A DNA stretch of 64,000 nt from Salpingoeca rosetta (lineage: Eukaryota > Protista > Choanoflagellata), in contig JAWQFM010000014.1 in NCBI GenBank assembly GCA_033442325.1, positions 347,351-411,350 of the forward strand, in the 5' to 3' direction. Both the position numbers and the translations under genes were made by a program. Below the pieces are notes generated by a model. That model worked only from the letters and a program-made list of their open reading frames with translations, was not told where the DNA came from and made no database searches. This document shows, in pieces, positions 1 through 15,772 of the stretch; position 1 is the first letter of the stretch; each line of letters begins with the position of its first letter.

Positions 1-123
1 CACTCACACACTCACACACACTCACTCACTCACTCACACACACGCTCACGCACTCACACACACAAACACACACACACACACATACACACACGCATACACA
101 CACACACTCTCACTCACTCGCAG

Positions 124-306
124 TTCAAGATTGGCACGGGGTTCTCGGACGCACAGCGCAGATCCCCGCCAAAGGTTGGCGCCATCATCACATACAAGTT
201 CCAGGAACTGACCCCAGATGGGATTCCCCGCTTTGCGGCCTTTGTTGGCGAGCGTGCAGACGCTGCTGGACCAAAGGACTACATCCCAAAGCGCACGTCA
301 GCATGA
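124..306 (+). CDS. Last exon of a minimal ATP-dependent DNA ligase (C-terminal OB domain; LigE/kinetoplast/Chlorella-virus-like class); the gene begins upstream of the window
   Basis: After a (CA)n intron and a CAG acceptor (121-123), the frame reads FKIGTGFSDAQRRSPPKVGAIITYKFQELTPDGIPRFAAFVGERAD...TSA*. This matches the 'F.IG(S/T)GFSD..R..PP..G..ITY.(Y/F)..LT..G.PRF..F' signature of minimal ligases. It is not in the ORF track because it has no ATG. Confidence 0.85.
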   Translation, partial: FKIGTGFSDAQRRSPPKVGAIITYKFQELTPDGIPRFAAFVGERADAAGPKDYIPKRTSA

Positions 307-498
307 CAGACACACAGCACAAGAAGCGCATCTCTCTTGTCTCTTGTTTCTTGTCTCTTGTTTGTCCTGTGAATAATACATGAAGATATTCGCCAATCAT
401 CTACAATCGCACGTTTTGTGGACCAACCAACAGCACTGTCACACACAGCATTGTTACAGCCTCCCATCATCCCGTGCTCCACGCTTTCCTCGACGACA

Positions 499-1515
499 AT
501 GAGTGTGCAGTGTGTGCACCCGTTTGTGCGCGTGGGCGCATCAAACAAGGACACCGACATTGACCTGGTCAGACTGCTCTGCCGCGTACATCTAGAACAC
601 GCGCTTGCACCTGTCATGCAGTGAAGGTGCAGTGCAGGTGCAGTGAAGGTGCAGTGGCTCACATCTACGCTCTGCATCTCTCATTCACAATTCCTCATAA
701 CGCGTCATTGCTGCGTGTGCCTGCAGACTTCCAGTGAGTGGAAGCAGTCCATCAAGCAGTTCACCATCGCTGGCGACGTGTACATCACAGCCTCCTCTCA
801 ATCGCCAACTGTTGACCAGCTCCGCGAGTTCCTCAAGGTGCAGCGTGCACAGAGCAATCACAAGGGCGCATGCACGCGTTTCCGAGTTTCAACCACCACA
901 ATTGCTGCACACACAGCACGCAAACACAGCACACACTATCTCACACATACTTTTACACTTGCTCACTCACATCCTCATCCGCTTGCTCACTTGCTCACTC
1001 GCGCACACACACACACACACACTTGCTGACTCACATCCCCATCCACTTGCTCACTTGCTCACTCGCGCGCGCGCACACACGCATACTCACATCCTCATAC
1101 ACTTGCTCACTTACGCACACACACGCAGGTTGTGAGGGCACGTGTTGTGGGCGATATCGTGGCGGACGCAGATGTGGCGACCGACTTGCTGAACGCGGGC
1201 GCCCTTCAAGTTTGCATTCCGCTTGCAACGTACAAGGCCAACCAAGATGCATTCCAACAGGTACGTGACTCGCCACCGCCACACGCACCCTGATTTGGCA
1301 CCACCTCCTGCAGCCAGTTGCTCATCGCACGTGTTTCCCATATGTTGGTTTTGCAGCTGCCACAAGATCGCCTTGCAGTTGTCATCTCCTCTGCTGACGA
1401 CCTGAACGACGAGCTGTCAACACTCGACATTCTGGTGAGATCACGTGCACTTTCGTTTGGAGTGATCACGGCTGTGTACGTATCTCATCATGATATGCCG
1501 CTCACACGTATCCTT

Positions 1516-1587
<72 letters not shown>

Positions 1588-2506
1588 CATGTGGTTTTGG
1601 GTTGCTAAAACTCGTGTATATAGTACGACAGCGGCACTGCGCCTACAGTGGATGATGTCAATGCTGTGGCAGCGAAAGTGGGCGATGGCGTCACAGCCTC
1701 CTTTGCCAACGTCTCGTCCACCTCTGTCGTACAGGCCATCGACAAGTCCGCCGGCCACGCCCTGGTAAGTGCTGACACGTTGTGTGCATGTGTGTGTGTG
1801 TGTGTGGGGGGGGGGCGGTTGCACATGATTTATGTTGGAACAATTACGCGCCCATCCCCTTCTCATGGCACGGGCAACCCGCGTGTTATCCTTGACAGAT
1901 CAACGCCACAACGCTGCAGTCGTCGCTGCTGCTTGCAGATGCCATTTCGTGCCTCCTCAAAACAGACAGGTACGACAACAACACACGCGTTGTACCCTTG
2001 CGCTGAGGCTACGATGTGGCTGCTCGCTCGCGCAGCGTGCATGTTACGCATTCGCACGCACACACACACACACACACACGCACACACGCACACGCACACA
2101 CACATACACACATACACACACACACGCACACACACACACGCACACACACATACACACATACACACACACACGTGCAGGCCTGATGGCTTGTGGACGACGG
2201 TGGTTGTGAATGAGCGCAACGAGACGCTTGGCGTGTGCTATTCCAACGCTGAGTCCTTGAAGGAGGCCATCCGCCTGCAGCAGGGAGTGTACTGGTCACG
2301 CAAACGCGGGCTGTGGCACAAAGGCAGCACCTCTGGCGCCACGCAGGACCTCCACACCATCGCCTACGACTGCGACCGTGACCTCATCCAGTTCCGCGTG
2401 ACCCAGCATGGCAAGGTGAGCCACGCGTGCGCGAAAACACTGCTATTGATGATTGTGCAAACGTCACTGTTACACCGCTCTCCGTCATGCCCCAGCTCAG
2501 CCACAT

Positions 2507-2593
<87 letters not shown>

Positions 2594-4502
2594 AACGTAG
2601 GGTTTCTGCCACCGGGACACGATGACGTGCATGGGGGCAAGCCGGGGGCTGACGGCGCTGCAAGAAACGCTTCGCTCGCGTCTTGAGACAGCACCTGAGG
2701 GAAGTTACACGCGCAGGCTGTTCAACGACCCCGCCCTCTTGCAGAAGAAGGTGGTCGAGGAAGCAATTGAGCTCACCGAGGTACCACAACGCACGTCGGA
2801 TGCAGCCATTGCGTTTTATGTCTGTGTCTGTGTATGCGTGTGTCTGTGCGCGTGTGCGTGTGTGTGCGTGCGCGCGCGTGTGTGTCCCAGGACGTTTTCA
2901 TCCACACACATATGCGCACACTTGCACGCACACACACACACACATTCACACACACACGTACGCCCCCTCCCCCCTGCCGTACCTGCTCAAGGCCAAGGAC
3001 ACGGACCACATTGCGTCTGAGATGGCGGACCTGCTGTACTTCAGCCTTGCACTGTGCACAAAGGCCGGCGTGTCCCTTGATGACGTGGAGCGCAAGCTTG
3101 ACCGCCGCCACCTCAAGGTCAGCAGGCGCCCGGGCAACGCAAAGCCGGAGTTTCTCAAGGAGAAGCTGGGCGGTATCACGCAAACGCAGAATAAGAAGAA
3201 GAGCATGGAGGGCCAGGTCGTGCACGATGGCGAGGACACGCCAGCTGCTGGTGATGTTGATGACAGCGCGCAAGGACAGCAGCAGCAGCAACAACAGGCG
3301 GCTGCTGAGCCCGTGCTGAAGATGATCAAGGCCGAGGACGTGCCGCCACTCCACAGGGATCCAGGTGTGTGTGTGTGTGCGTGCGTGGGTGTGTGTGTGC
3401 GTGTGTGTGTGTGCGTGTGTGTGTGTGAATGCTGTTGTGTGTGCAGTCACGTGGCGCGAATGCGCGAGTGGTGGTCATGGCAGCAACAGTGTGAGCAATG
3501 CTGAAGTTTGTCTACGTGGGTCTGCGCCAGTGTTAGTGTGCAAACGATGTGCTCCATCACGAACGCCACCCCTTTCCCACCCCACTCTACCATGCGATTG
3601 ACTTAATTTATTGATCTTCACACACATGACACCCCCGCTGCGCGTGGACAGTTGACCCCAAGGCGCGTGCGATTGCGGAGGAGATTATGCGCGATGTGCG
3701 CGAGCGTGGGGAGGCCGCCGTCATGCACCACGCCGTGCGCCTTGGCGACATTGCCGACGGCCAGCCGATGGTGGTTGGCCAGGGGGGGCTCAAGGCCGCG
3801 TACGACGCGCTGAGCGAACAAGAGCGGGGCGTGCTGCAGCGCACGGCAGACCGCATCAAGGCGTTTGCACAGGCCCAGCGCGCGTCTGTGCAGGACAACT
3901 GCCAGGTTGATCTTCCTGGTGGGCAGGCCGGGCAGCTGGTGGCCGCGGTGGAAGTGGCCGGCTGCTACGCGCCTGGGGGCAGGTACCCGCTCCCCTCCAG
4001 CGTGCTCATGGGCGCCGTCACGGCTCGCGTCGCCGGTGTGAAGCAGGTGTGGGTTGCCAGCCCGCGCCCCCACCGCAGCGTGCTCGCTGCTGCGTATATT
4101 GCTGGGGCCGATGGCTTGCTCGCTGTCGGCGGCGTGCAGGCCATTGCCGCCTTCACGTACGGCGCTGGAGACGTGCCTGTGTGTGATGCCATTGTTGGGC
4201 CGGGCAACAAGTTTGTCACTGCTGCCAAGTCGCTCGTTGCAGGCAGCGTTGCCATTGACATGCTGGCGGGCCCCAGCGAGTGCCTGGTGGTGGCAGACAG
4301 CACGTGCGACCCCGCTGTTGTTGCAGCGGATCTGCTGGCCCAGAGCGAGCACGATGTGGCGGCGCGCGCCATCCTGGTCACGCCAGACAAGCAGGTTGTC
4401 GATGCCGTCAACGCACAGGTGCAGCAGCAGCTCGCCGTGCTCCCAACAGCGGACACCGCAAGGTGTGTGTGTGTGTCGTGTGTGCGCGCGTGTACGTGTG
4501 TG

Positions 4503-4567
<65 letters not shown>

Positions 4568-5463
4568 GTGTGTGTGTGTGTGTGTGTGTGTGGTCGTCAA
4601 TTTGTGGTGTGTGGCAGCAACCCTTTTGAGTTGGTGATCCCTTGTCCTCTGTGTTGCTAGCAACCACATGCGATCGCGTCAAGCGATCACACTGACGCCC
4701 TTCACGCAACCCCAAGTCATTCACACACACACACACACACACTCACTCACTCACACACACACACACATACATTTACACCGGCCCTTTACTCGCCCTTGCG
4801 TTGGCAGGGTTGCCATTGCGGAGAACAGCTTTGCCGTGGTGACGGCTGACGTCGACGAGGCCATTGCCGTGGCCAACCGCCTGGCGCCAGAGCACCTCGA
4901 GGTGCACACGAAGGACGCGTGGGACCTCGTGCCCCGCTTCGACCACTACGGCGCCCTCTTTGTCGGCCACAATGCTGCGGAGGTGCTTGGCGACTACGGT
5001 GCTGGTCCAAACCACACCCTGCCCACCGGTGGCACGGCCCGCTCGTTTGGCGGCCTCAGCGTCCACACGTTTCTTCGCCCCCGCACGTGGCTGCGCATCG
5101 ATGACAAGAAGGTCCGGGTCTCGCCTTGTTCTTGGTGATGGCGGTGAAGGTGGCGATGGTGGCGGTGAAGGTGGCAGGCAACGTTGATGGCTGTGATGGT
5201 GGCGGTGGTCGTTTGTTTCATCTGTGCTGGCTGGATGCTGTGCATTTTCTGATCGCCTTGATGCACAATAATGCTCGCTCGCTTTCACTCACCACCTTTG
5301 CACTGAACAAACATGCATCATCATCGCCCTTCAGGCTGCGACGGGAGTTGTGCAGGACGCCGTTGATCTCGCGCTGATGGAAGGACTTCACGGCCATTCG
5401 CGCGCTGCTGCACTTCGCCTCCCGACCCAAGGCCGCACTATTGGGCCCATCATCAGCCTGTGA
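499..5463 (+). CDS. HIS4: Trifunctional histidine biosynthesis protein (N-terminal domain, PR-AMP cyclohydrolase HisI, PR-ATP pyrophosphatase HisE, histidinol dehydrogenase HisD); about 12 exons
   Basis: HisI: [40 protein letters not shown]. HisE: [28 protein letters not shown]. HisD: [71 protein letters not shown] at 499 and GT-AG introns in consistent phase; TGA at 5461-5463. Confidence 0.93.
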
Positions 5464-5501
5464 TGCTCTCGCACCTCTTGTTTTCCTTGAAGCTGCTGTT
5501 T

Positions 5502-5554
<53 letters not shown>

Positions 5555-5839
5555 GTTTGATCGCAAGAGCGATTTGAACGAGTTGCCTCAAGCCAGGGTA
5601 GACGCTTTTTGGTCTGTTTGTCGCTTCGCCTGCTGGCTTGCGTGTCTCTTGGTGTGTTGACGCATGGGTAAGCGTGTGTGGAATGTCGATTCTTACTTCA
5701 TGGCGCTCATTTCACAAGCCAAATCAATGTCTCGCGGAACTTGGGCGTCAACAAGCAATCAACCAAAACGTACAGTGTCACATAAACGCGTAACACGCGG
5801 ACTCGGACAGCAGCAACAACTGAAACCGTACTTACAATC

Positions 5840-5932
<93 letters not shown>

Positions 5933-5947
5933 ACACGACCATCACTG

Positions 5948-7981
5948 CTATGGGCACGTGTTTTGACACTGGTTGAAGGTCACACCATTGTCAGCTTGGA
6001 TGCAAAAGCTGAGATCGTCGCAAGTCACCATGACCAAGGAAGGGTTGTTGCGTACATCCAAGCCGCCGAGCAGAGACAGTCCGGAGAGGTCGAGGGTGAC
6101 GAGATCGTTGTCTCGGAGAACCAAGTTGCCTTGAACGTATCGCAACTTGCCAAAGTCAATGTTGGACAGTTGGTTGTCGCTCAAATTCACCTGATCGGTG
6201 ATCATGGTGATGTTGCCAAAGCTGAAGATGGTGAGCTGGTTGGAGAAGAGGAAAAAGTCGCCCCCAACGCTGGTTAGGCTGCCCGTGTCAGCGACGGTGA
6301 AGGCGTTGTCTGAAAAGTCAAGATCGCCCGCCACGCTGCCGAGGTTCTTGAAGTCAAGGCGCTTGAGGCTGTTGCTGTAGAAGGACATGTAGCCGTCAAC
6401 GAAGGTGAGGGCGCCAAAGTCGATGGACGTGAAGGAGGGGCTGTTCTCGTGGTAAATGGCGTCATCCAGGCGAGTCAATTTGCCAAAGTCCAGGCTGGCA
6501 AGGTCGCTGTCAATTGCAACACTGCCAGCGAGGGTGGTGATGTTGTTGAGGTCGATGTGGGCAGCTTCATTCACTTCGAGGAACAAGCCACCGCCAATGC
6601 TGGTCAGAGGCCCAAAGGTGATGTTGGTGATGCGTTTACCGGCAATCTCGACGCTCTGTTCAACCGCCGCCACATTGCCAAGGTTCACGGTGGTGATGCT
6701 GTCGCCGTAGATGCCCACACTGCCGGCCTGAGTGACGCTGCTGAGGTCGACCGCTGTGAGAGCGGCGGAGCCGGCAACTTCCAGATAGCCGCCCACGATC
6801 AGAGCGCTGCTGGTTGTGTTCACGGTGACGGTCGTGAGCTGATTGGAGCCGATTCTAAGGTCTCCCCCAACATGCATCAGCTTGCCAAAGTCGATGCTGG
6901 TGATGGTGTCGGAGAGGAGGCGCACTGTGGCGTCCACCGTGGTGACGTCGCCGAAGGAGATGGCTTGCAGAACAGAGAGCCTGGTGTCCAAGGAACCACC
7001 GAGTCTGGCCAAGCTGCCAAAGTCAATGGACGTGACCTGAGTGGTTCCAAGGTCGACGCTCGCCTGCAGCACGCCCTCCTTCAGGCTCAAGTCATCACTG
7101 GAGAAGATGGACAGCACCCCGCCAACGTGTGTTAGCTGCCCAAACGAGAGTGCTTGCACGGGGTTGCCTGTGAGGTTGAGGTTGCCCTCCACGCGCGTGA
7201 GCCCTGCAAAGTCCACGCTTGTGATGTTGTTGCCACTGAGGTCGACGGATCCGCCGACAGTCTTCAGCGCGCCAAAGTCCAGCGAGTTGAGAGCATCATC
7301 TGCAGCCAGCACATCACCACCGATGGCTGTGATGGAGCCAAACGCAAGTGCCTGCAGGGAACTGAAAACGCTGACCGAGCCGAGGATCTCCTGCAATGCG
7401 CCAAACTCGTCGCAGCAGCAGTTGACGACAGCGCCGGCGACGCAAAGGCGGGCGGCTGCAAACTGATCCTGCAGTAGGAGGCTGCCGCAATCCAGCGTGG
7501 CAGTGGTGGTGCCCCGACAAGGTGGCTCCTCTGCGTTTGCGGCGGCAATGGTGTCATTCAGGGCAGCCTGTAGATCATGGACTTGGGTGTTGAGGTCCTC
7601 AATCATGCTTTCTTGCGCTGCGATGGTGCTGCATACGTCCAGGCCGTTAACAAACACCGGCTGCGCCGTGACACTGCCCCTGCTGTCGCTGTTGGTGTTA
7701 TTGATGTGGAAGCCACCAAAGAGGTCCTCCACCAGCACCACCTCGCCCTGGCAAACTGGCAGCAAGGAGAACGACGATAGAGTGCTTGCAGGGAGCAACG
7801 CTGCTGCAGCAGCAGCACAACAACAGCCCAAAATGCACAGGACTGCCCGCAGAAGTGCACCGCTCGTCCTGCTCGTCGTCACTAACACGCCCACGCCACC
7901 CTTCTTCTTGTGGTTTTCGTGGTTCCTGTAGCTCTTGTGGCTCGCGTCCTCCGACGTTGTATGCGACAGCGACCACCTCAT
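5948..7981 (-). CDS. Intronless, probably secreted receptor-L-domain/LRR-like beta-solenoid repeat protein (677 aa)
   Basis: Single ORF with an N-terminal hydrophobic segment, a short coiled coil, then about 20 repeats of ~22 aa (xDFGxLxxVGGxLxLxxNxLTx) and a Cys-rich C-terminal cap. Confidence 0.8.
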   Translation of the reverse strand: MRWSLSHTTSEDASHKSYRNHENHKKKGGVGVLVTTSRTSGALLRAVLCILGCCCAAAAAALLPASTLSSFSLLPVCQGEVVLVEDLFGGFHINNTNSDSRGSVTAQPVFVNGLDVCSTIAAQESMIEDLNTQVHDLQAALNDTIAAANAEEPPCRGTTTATLDCGSLLLQDQFAAARLCVAGAVVNCCCDEFGALQEILGSVSVFSSLQALAFGSITAIGGDVLAADDALNSLDFGALKTVGGSVDLSGNNITSVDFAGLTRVEGNLNLTGNPVQALSFGQLTHVGGVLSIFSSDDLSLKEGVLQASVDLGTTQVTSIDFGSLARLGGSLDTRLSVLQAISFGDVTTVDATVRLLSDTITSIDFGKLMHVGGDLRIGSNQLTTVTVNTTSSALIVGGYLEVAGSAALTAVDLSSVTQAGSVGIYGDSITTVNLGNVAAVEQSVEIAGKRITNITFGPLTSIGGGLFLEVNEAAHIDLNNITTLAGSVAIDSDLASLDFGKLTRLDDAIYHENSPSFTSIDFGALTFVDGYMSFYSNSLKRLDFKNLGSVAGDLDFSDNAFTVADTGSLTSVGGDFFLFSNQLTIFSFGNITMITDQVNLSDNQLSNIDFGKLRYVQGNLVLRDNDLVTLDLSGLSLLGGLDVRNNPSLVMVTCDDLSFCIQADNGVTFNQCQNTCP

Positions 7982-8175
7982 TGTGGAGGGGTTGCGATCG
8001 TGTGCTCAGAAGAGAAGAGTGGATGCAAAGTGCTAACGTGCAAGTGCTTAAGCCTTTTGCAGGAAAGGCAGGAGCACTCTTCTCGACAACTCCTCGTCGC
8101 ACCTGTCAGTTTGTGGTGTCTGATACAGCCGGATTTCACGGACGTTGCAAACAAGCACAACAGCCAGTCGGCAGC

Positions 8176-10967
<2,792 letters not shown>

Positions 10968-11448
10968 TGTGCGTATGTTTCCGTGTGTGTCGAAGAAGGG
11001 GGGGGGGTACTGTAACGTAAGTGAATCGTTCGTTGGTGTTCTTGTGAGCGTGGCGCGTGCTGATCTGTACACATGTATTGTTGTCATCAGCACCATCTTA
11101 ACACAAGCAAGCAAGCAGCATCAGTCTTTGAAACATGAAACGAACACATCAGCAAGGTCAAAAGAACACAAAGCAGGAAGGGAAGGAAGGAAGGAAAGAA
11201 AGAAGGAAGGAAGGCAGAGGGAGGCAAGGGGCAAATTAGCAGGCAAAGAGCATTGATAAACGCCAGCACGTTTGACAAACACGGCGTGTTCGAGTCAGCA
11301 TGGGTAGCACAGGGAGACAAAGCAAGCAGTCAAGTCTGCAAACATGTAGTTACATGTGGCAACACGGACTCAGGCTGGACATACACACACACGCACACAG
11401 ACACACAGACACACACACACACAGACACAGACACAGACACACACACAC

Positions 11449-11479
<31 letters not shown>

Positions 11480-11524
11480 CACACACACACACACAGGCAT
11501 CTACAGACAAAGGGGTGTGAGCTG

Positions 11525-11909
11525 TCACTTCTCCTCAAAGTGGGAGGTGTGGTGGAGGACGTGGTGAAAGAAAGTGGTGGTGATTTCATCCATGACATTG
11601 TGGTGTTCATCAGCGTCGTGGTGCTGAAAGAAGTTCTTGTCCCAGCCAACATGCCCACCCCACTCCGTCAGCACGAAGATGATGTGTTCATTGTCTGTCG
11701 CGTGCTTTCGCACAAACTCTTCGGCCTGCTCGGGAAACAGAGGGTCATTGCGTGCGTTCACCGTCAGAAACGGACGGCGGATCCTGTGCAAATATGTGCC
11801 GGAACTTTCTGCCTGTGCAAACTCTTCAAGCGAACTGTAGCCGTAGATGGCTGGCAGGTGCAGCTTGTCAAACTCAGCCAGCGTCGACGCCGCCAGCAAC
11901 TCTGAGAGG

Positions 11910-11997
<88 letters not shown>

Positions 11998-12543
11998 CGT
12001 GAGTGCGTGCGTGCGTGAGTGTGTGTGTGTGTGCGCGTGCGTGCGTGTGTGTTTGTGGTTGGTAATGTGTTTGTTTGTGAGTTGACATGTGAGTACAAAC
12101 ACAAGTCAGAGAGGCTGAGGTTGCTTGTCGTGGACACGCGAGCACACACGTCAAGTCCACGCCCAACCCTCTTCAACTGCCACGTCAGCGCACATGGTGC
12201 ACTCACCGTCTTTCGTAAAGGGCAAGCCAGACTGCTCAAACTGCTCGGGTGGAAGCTGCTTCCAGGGCTCCTTTGCCCAAAACAGCAGGGCAAGATGGTA
12301 GGGCCGGAAGTGGGGCTGGTGCAACTGCAGATTACATTGTGAGGGAGGACAATGCATGGGGGAAAATACATGTACAAAGAGGAACGGTCAGCGCTGTTGC
12401 AGCACAGGACATACAGCAGCAGCAGCAGGAGGAGGAGGAGGTGGAGGTGGAGTGGCAACAGCAAGCGAAAAACGAGAGCCAGCAATACGTCCTACATCTC
12501 ACTGGTATCACTGCATGCTTCTTCCTCCCACAACCGTAACAGC

Positions 12544-12636
<93 letters not shown>

Positions 12637-13119
12637 GCGCACCATTTCGTATCCCCATTGAAGGATGTATCCGTTTGAGTATGTGACGGCTGCGTCGATG
12701 CTGTGGTACAGGTCAGACCCCAGGTCCTCATTCGTCGTGCCCATGTACTTGGTGAGCACGTTTGCGCCCATGGAAAAGGCGACAGCCACGATGGGCCCTG
12801 CCGGGTACATGCGCTTGATGTACCGGATGGCAAGCTCAATGTCCTCCGTGTTGCCGTAGTTGAACGTGCGGGCGCTCCGCAGCTCCGTCTTACACCCGCG
12901 CCAGTTCTTCACCACCGTCTGCAAGGGGGTGCGCGGTTGGGTGGGGGGTGGTCAGTGTGCGTGTGTTTGTCGGTGTGCATGTGAGTATTTGAATTTGGCA
13001 CAGAGAGAGAGAGAGAGTGTGTGTGTGTGTGTATCTATGGGGTCACACGGACGAAGTAACACACGCACACACTACACACACTACACACACTACACACACC
13101 ACACACACACACACACACT

Positions 13120-13150
<31 letters not shown>

Positions 13151-13945
13151 AGTTTAAACACACACACACATACATTCGCTTACCCGCCAGCCATGCTCGT
13201 GGCATGCGAGAGCGAGGGACCGGATGTAAGGGGCGTCACTGCAGCTGGCAATACCGGGAACCAGCAGAACCGTCAGTGGAGGCGCGTCCGCAGCACCGCG
13301 CGCTGGAGGCTCGAGAATGTCCAGACCAATCAGCCCACCGTCGGGCGTGTCCAAGTGCTCCCTGCAGCGGCAAAACGGCGCGTGTGCACAGCAGTATATG
13401 AGGCGCTGTCCTTTGGTGACACCGAGCCAGCTTGTGCACGCACACAAGGAAGGCAGCCTCAACTCTACAGCAGCGCCCCACTCAACGCGCATGACGATCA
13501 GCCTCGCATGCGAGGAACGCAGCGACATGACCATAACACAGCAACACAGGAACAATACATGACCATAACACAGCGACACAGGAACACTACAGGAACACTA
13601 CAGCACCGACACAAAGTCTGACCTGTGGAACTTTGGCATGGGCGGGCGCTTGCCAAGGGCAGCAAAGAGGGTGCTGGTGTGTGCGTTGGTGAGGAGGCGA
13701 GGCGGCTTGTAGCGGGTGAGCGTCGTGTGTTGGCGCAGCTTGTGAACCACGGCCTTGTTGCTGGGTGTTGGCACGTAGTGCATGTCCACTTTGCTTGCCC
13801 GCACCGTTCGAGCCAGCAGCAAGAGCACAGAGCCGCACACCGCCGCAAACACAACCACTGCCGCAGGCACATCCTCCACGCCAAGCAAGTCGTCCACCCG
13901 CACGACCTCTGTGGTCCGAGCCAGCAGCTCCGCCACCAAATCCAT
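11525..13945 (-). CDS. Alpha/beta hydrolase, ABHD1/2/3-YheT family, multi-exon
   Basis: N-terminal TM, LTNAHTSTLF, REHLDTPDGGLIGLD, VPGIASCSDAPYIRSL, VVKNWRGC, nucleophile elbow AFSMG, NARNDPL (Asp), WGGHVGW (His). Confidence 0.87.
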
Positions 13946-14201
13946 GTTGCTTTGCACAGGCAAGCAAGGGGTGGATGGATGGGTCGTGTCGTGTTGAAGT
14001 GAAGCAAGCAAGCAAGCAAGCAAAGCAAGCAAGAGCGACTCGCGCAAGCAAATGAGCGCAGCAGCACACAACAAGCAGGACCGCAACAGAGTGCACACGC
14101 CCACTTTGGTACTATATTTTTGTGTGTCGTGTCGCCTTTTTCCACAAACCAAACCAACGTTCGCACACGAGAAGCAAGACACACACGACGACTTTGACGC
14201 G

Positions 14202-14252
14202 ATGAGCAGTGGCCAAGGTTCGCATCGAACGTGACATGTTCCGCACTCACGC

Positions 14253-14340
<88 letters not shown>

Positions 14341-15066
14341 GTGCCGTGTTTTTTTTTTTTGGTTTGTTTGTGGGGGCATCTCGATCTGCGTCACAACAAC
14401 ACGTGAGCACATGTGTGCATGATTTGTGTGCATGGGACGTGTGTCCAGTTGATGACCGTTGATCTGTGGCATGCGGGCGTGCTGCAGGCGACGAAGCTGC
14501 ACAGCAGCAGCAGAAGAAGCAGCAGGAGAAGCGAGAGGAGGAAGAGGGGCAGCAGCCGCTCGAAGAAGGTGCAGAGGAGCCATACCCGGAAGATGAGGCG
14601 GACCTCGCCTACGATGAGGAGGGCGAGGAGGGCGAGGAGGCCGCACAGGCGGAAGGCGCCACAAAGCAAGAAGGCTCTGGCGACACAGAAGAGGGTGGCG
14701 GTGACGATGACGAGTTTGAGCAAGTGAGTCCAGTGGGTGTGTATGTATGTGTGTGTGTGTGCGGGGTCTTTGTATGTGTACGTACGCGCGCGTGTGTGTG
14801 TGCACTTGTATCTATGTGTTCGTGTGTTCGTGTACTGAGTGTGTACAGGGTGCATCACCTCAACCGCACGCGCTTGGCATACATGCCATTGTCACACTCC
14901 CCTCTCACGCTCCCACCTCACGCCTAATGGGGGTTGTTTCAGTTGAGGCAACAGGTGAACCAGAACGAGTCTTCACTGCAGCAGGATCGTGAAGCCCTCA
15001 ACCAAGTCATGAAGAGTGAGTGTTCTTGAGCATTCACTGCAGCTTGGTGTATCCATCCTACGCGTA

Positions 15067-15103
<37 letters not shown>

Positions 15104-15697
15104 AACGCCTCGCTTCTCCCTTCCTGATCACGTTTTCTTTCGTTTGTTTTTGCTTCCATCGTATGAACGCCATCACAGCCGGCTCCCAAGAGAGCCGCGA
15201 GGAAGCAGATCGCCGCTCCGTCTTTGTCCAGAACGTGCGTGCGTGTGTGTATGTGTGCGTATGTGTGTGTGTTTGTATGTGTATGTGTGTGCGTCCTTCC
15301 CAGAGCTTGATCATCCTCAGCCTCGTGTCGTCGTAGCTCTGCTGTCATAACCCGTCTGCTATGCCCAATTCTACCCCCCCCCCGTCATTCGCGATCCATA
15401 CCACCACTACCACCCCACCCTTCCGTGCGTGCCCATCCTGTTTGGCGGGATGCAGGTTGACTACGGGACCTCTGAGGTTGATCTGCAGCTCTTCTTCAAG
15501 GACTGCGGCCCCGTGCGCCGCATCACCATTGGCCGCGGGCCAACCGGGCAGCCAAAGGGGTCAGTCAACACACGCACGGTAGCAGTGGTTTTGCTCGTGC
15601 TCGTGTTGATGGTGGTGGTAGCGGCGGTGGTGTGTTGTATGAATGTCGAGTTGGTGGCAAATCATCTCTCCTGTCCGCCCATTTGTCTGCCCCTCTG

Positions 15698-15772
<75 letters not shown>

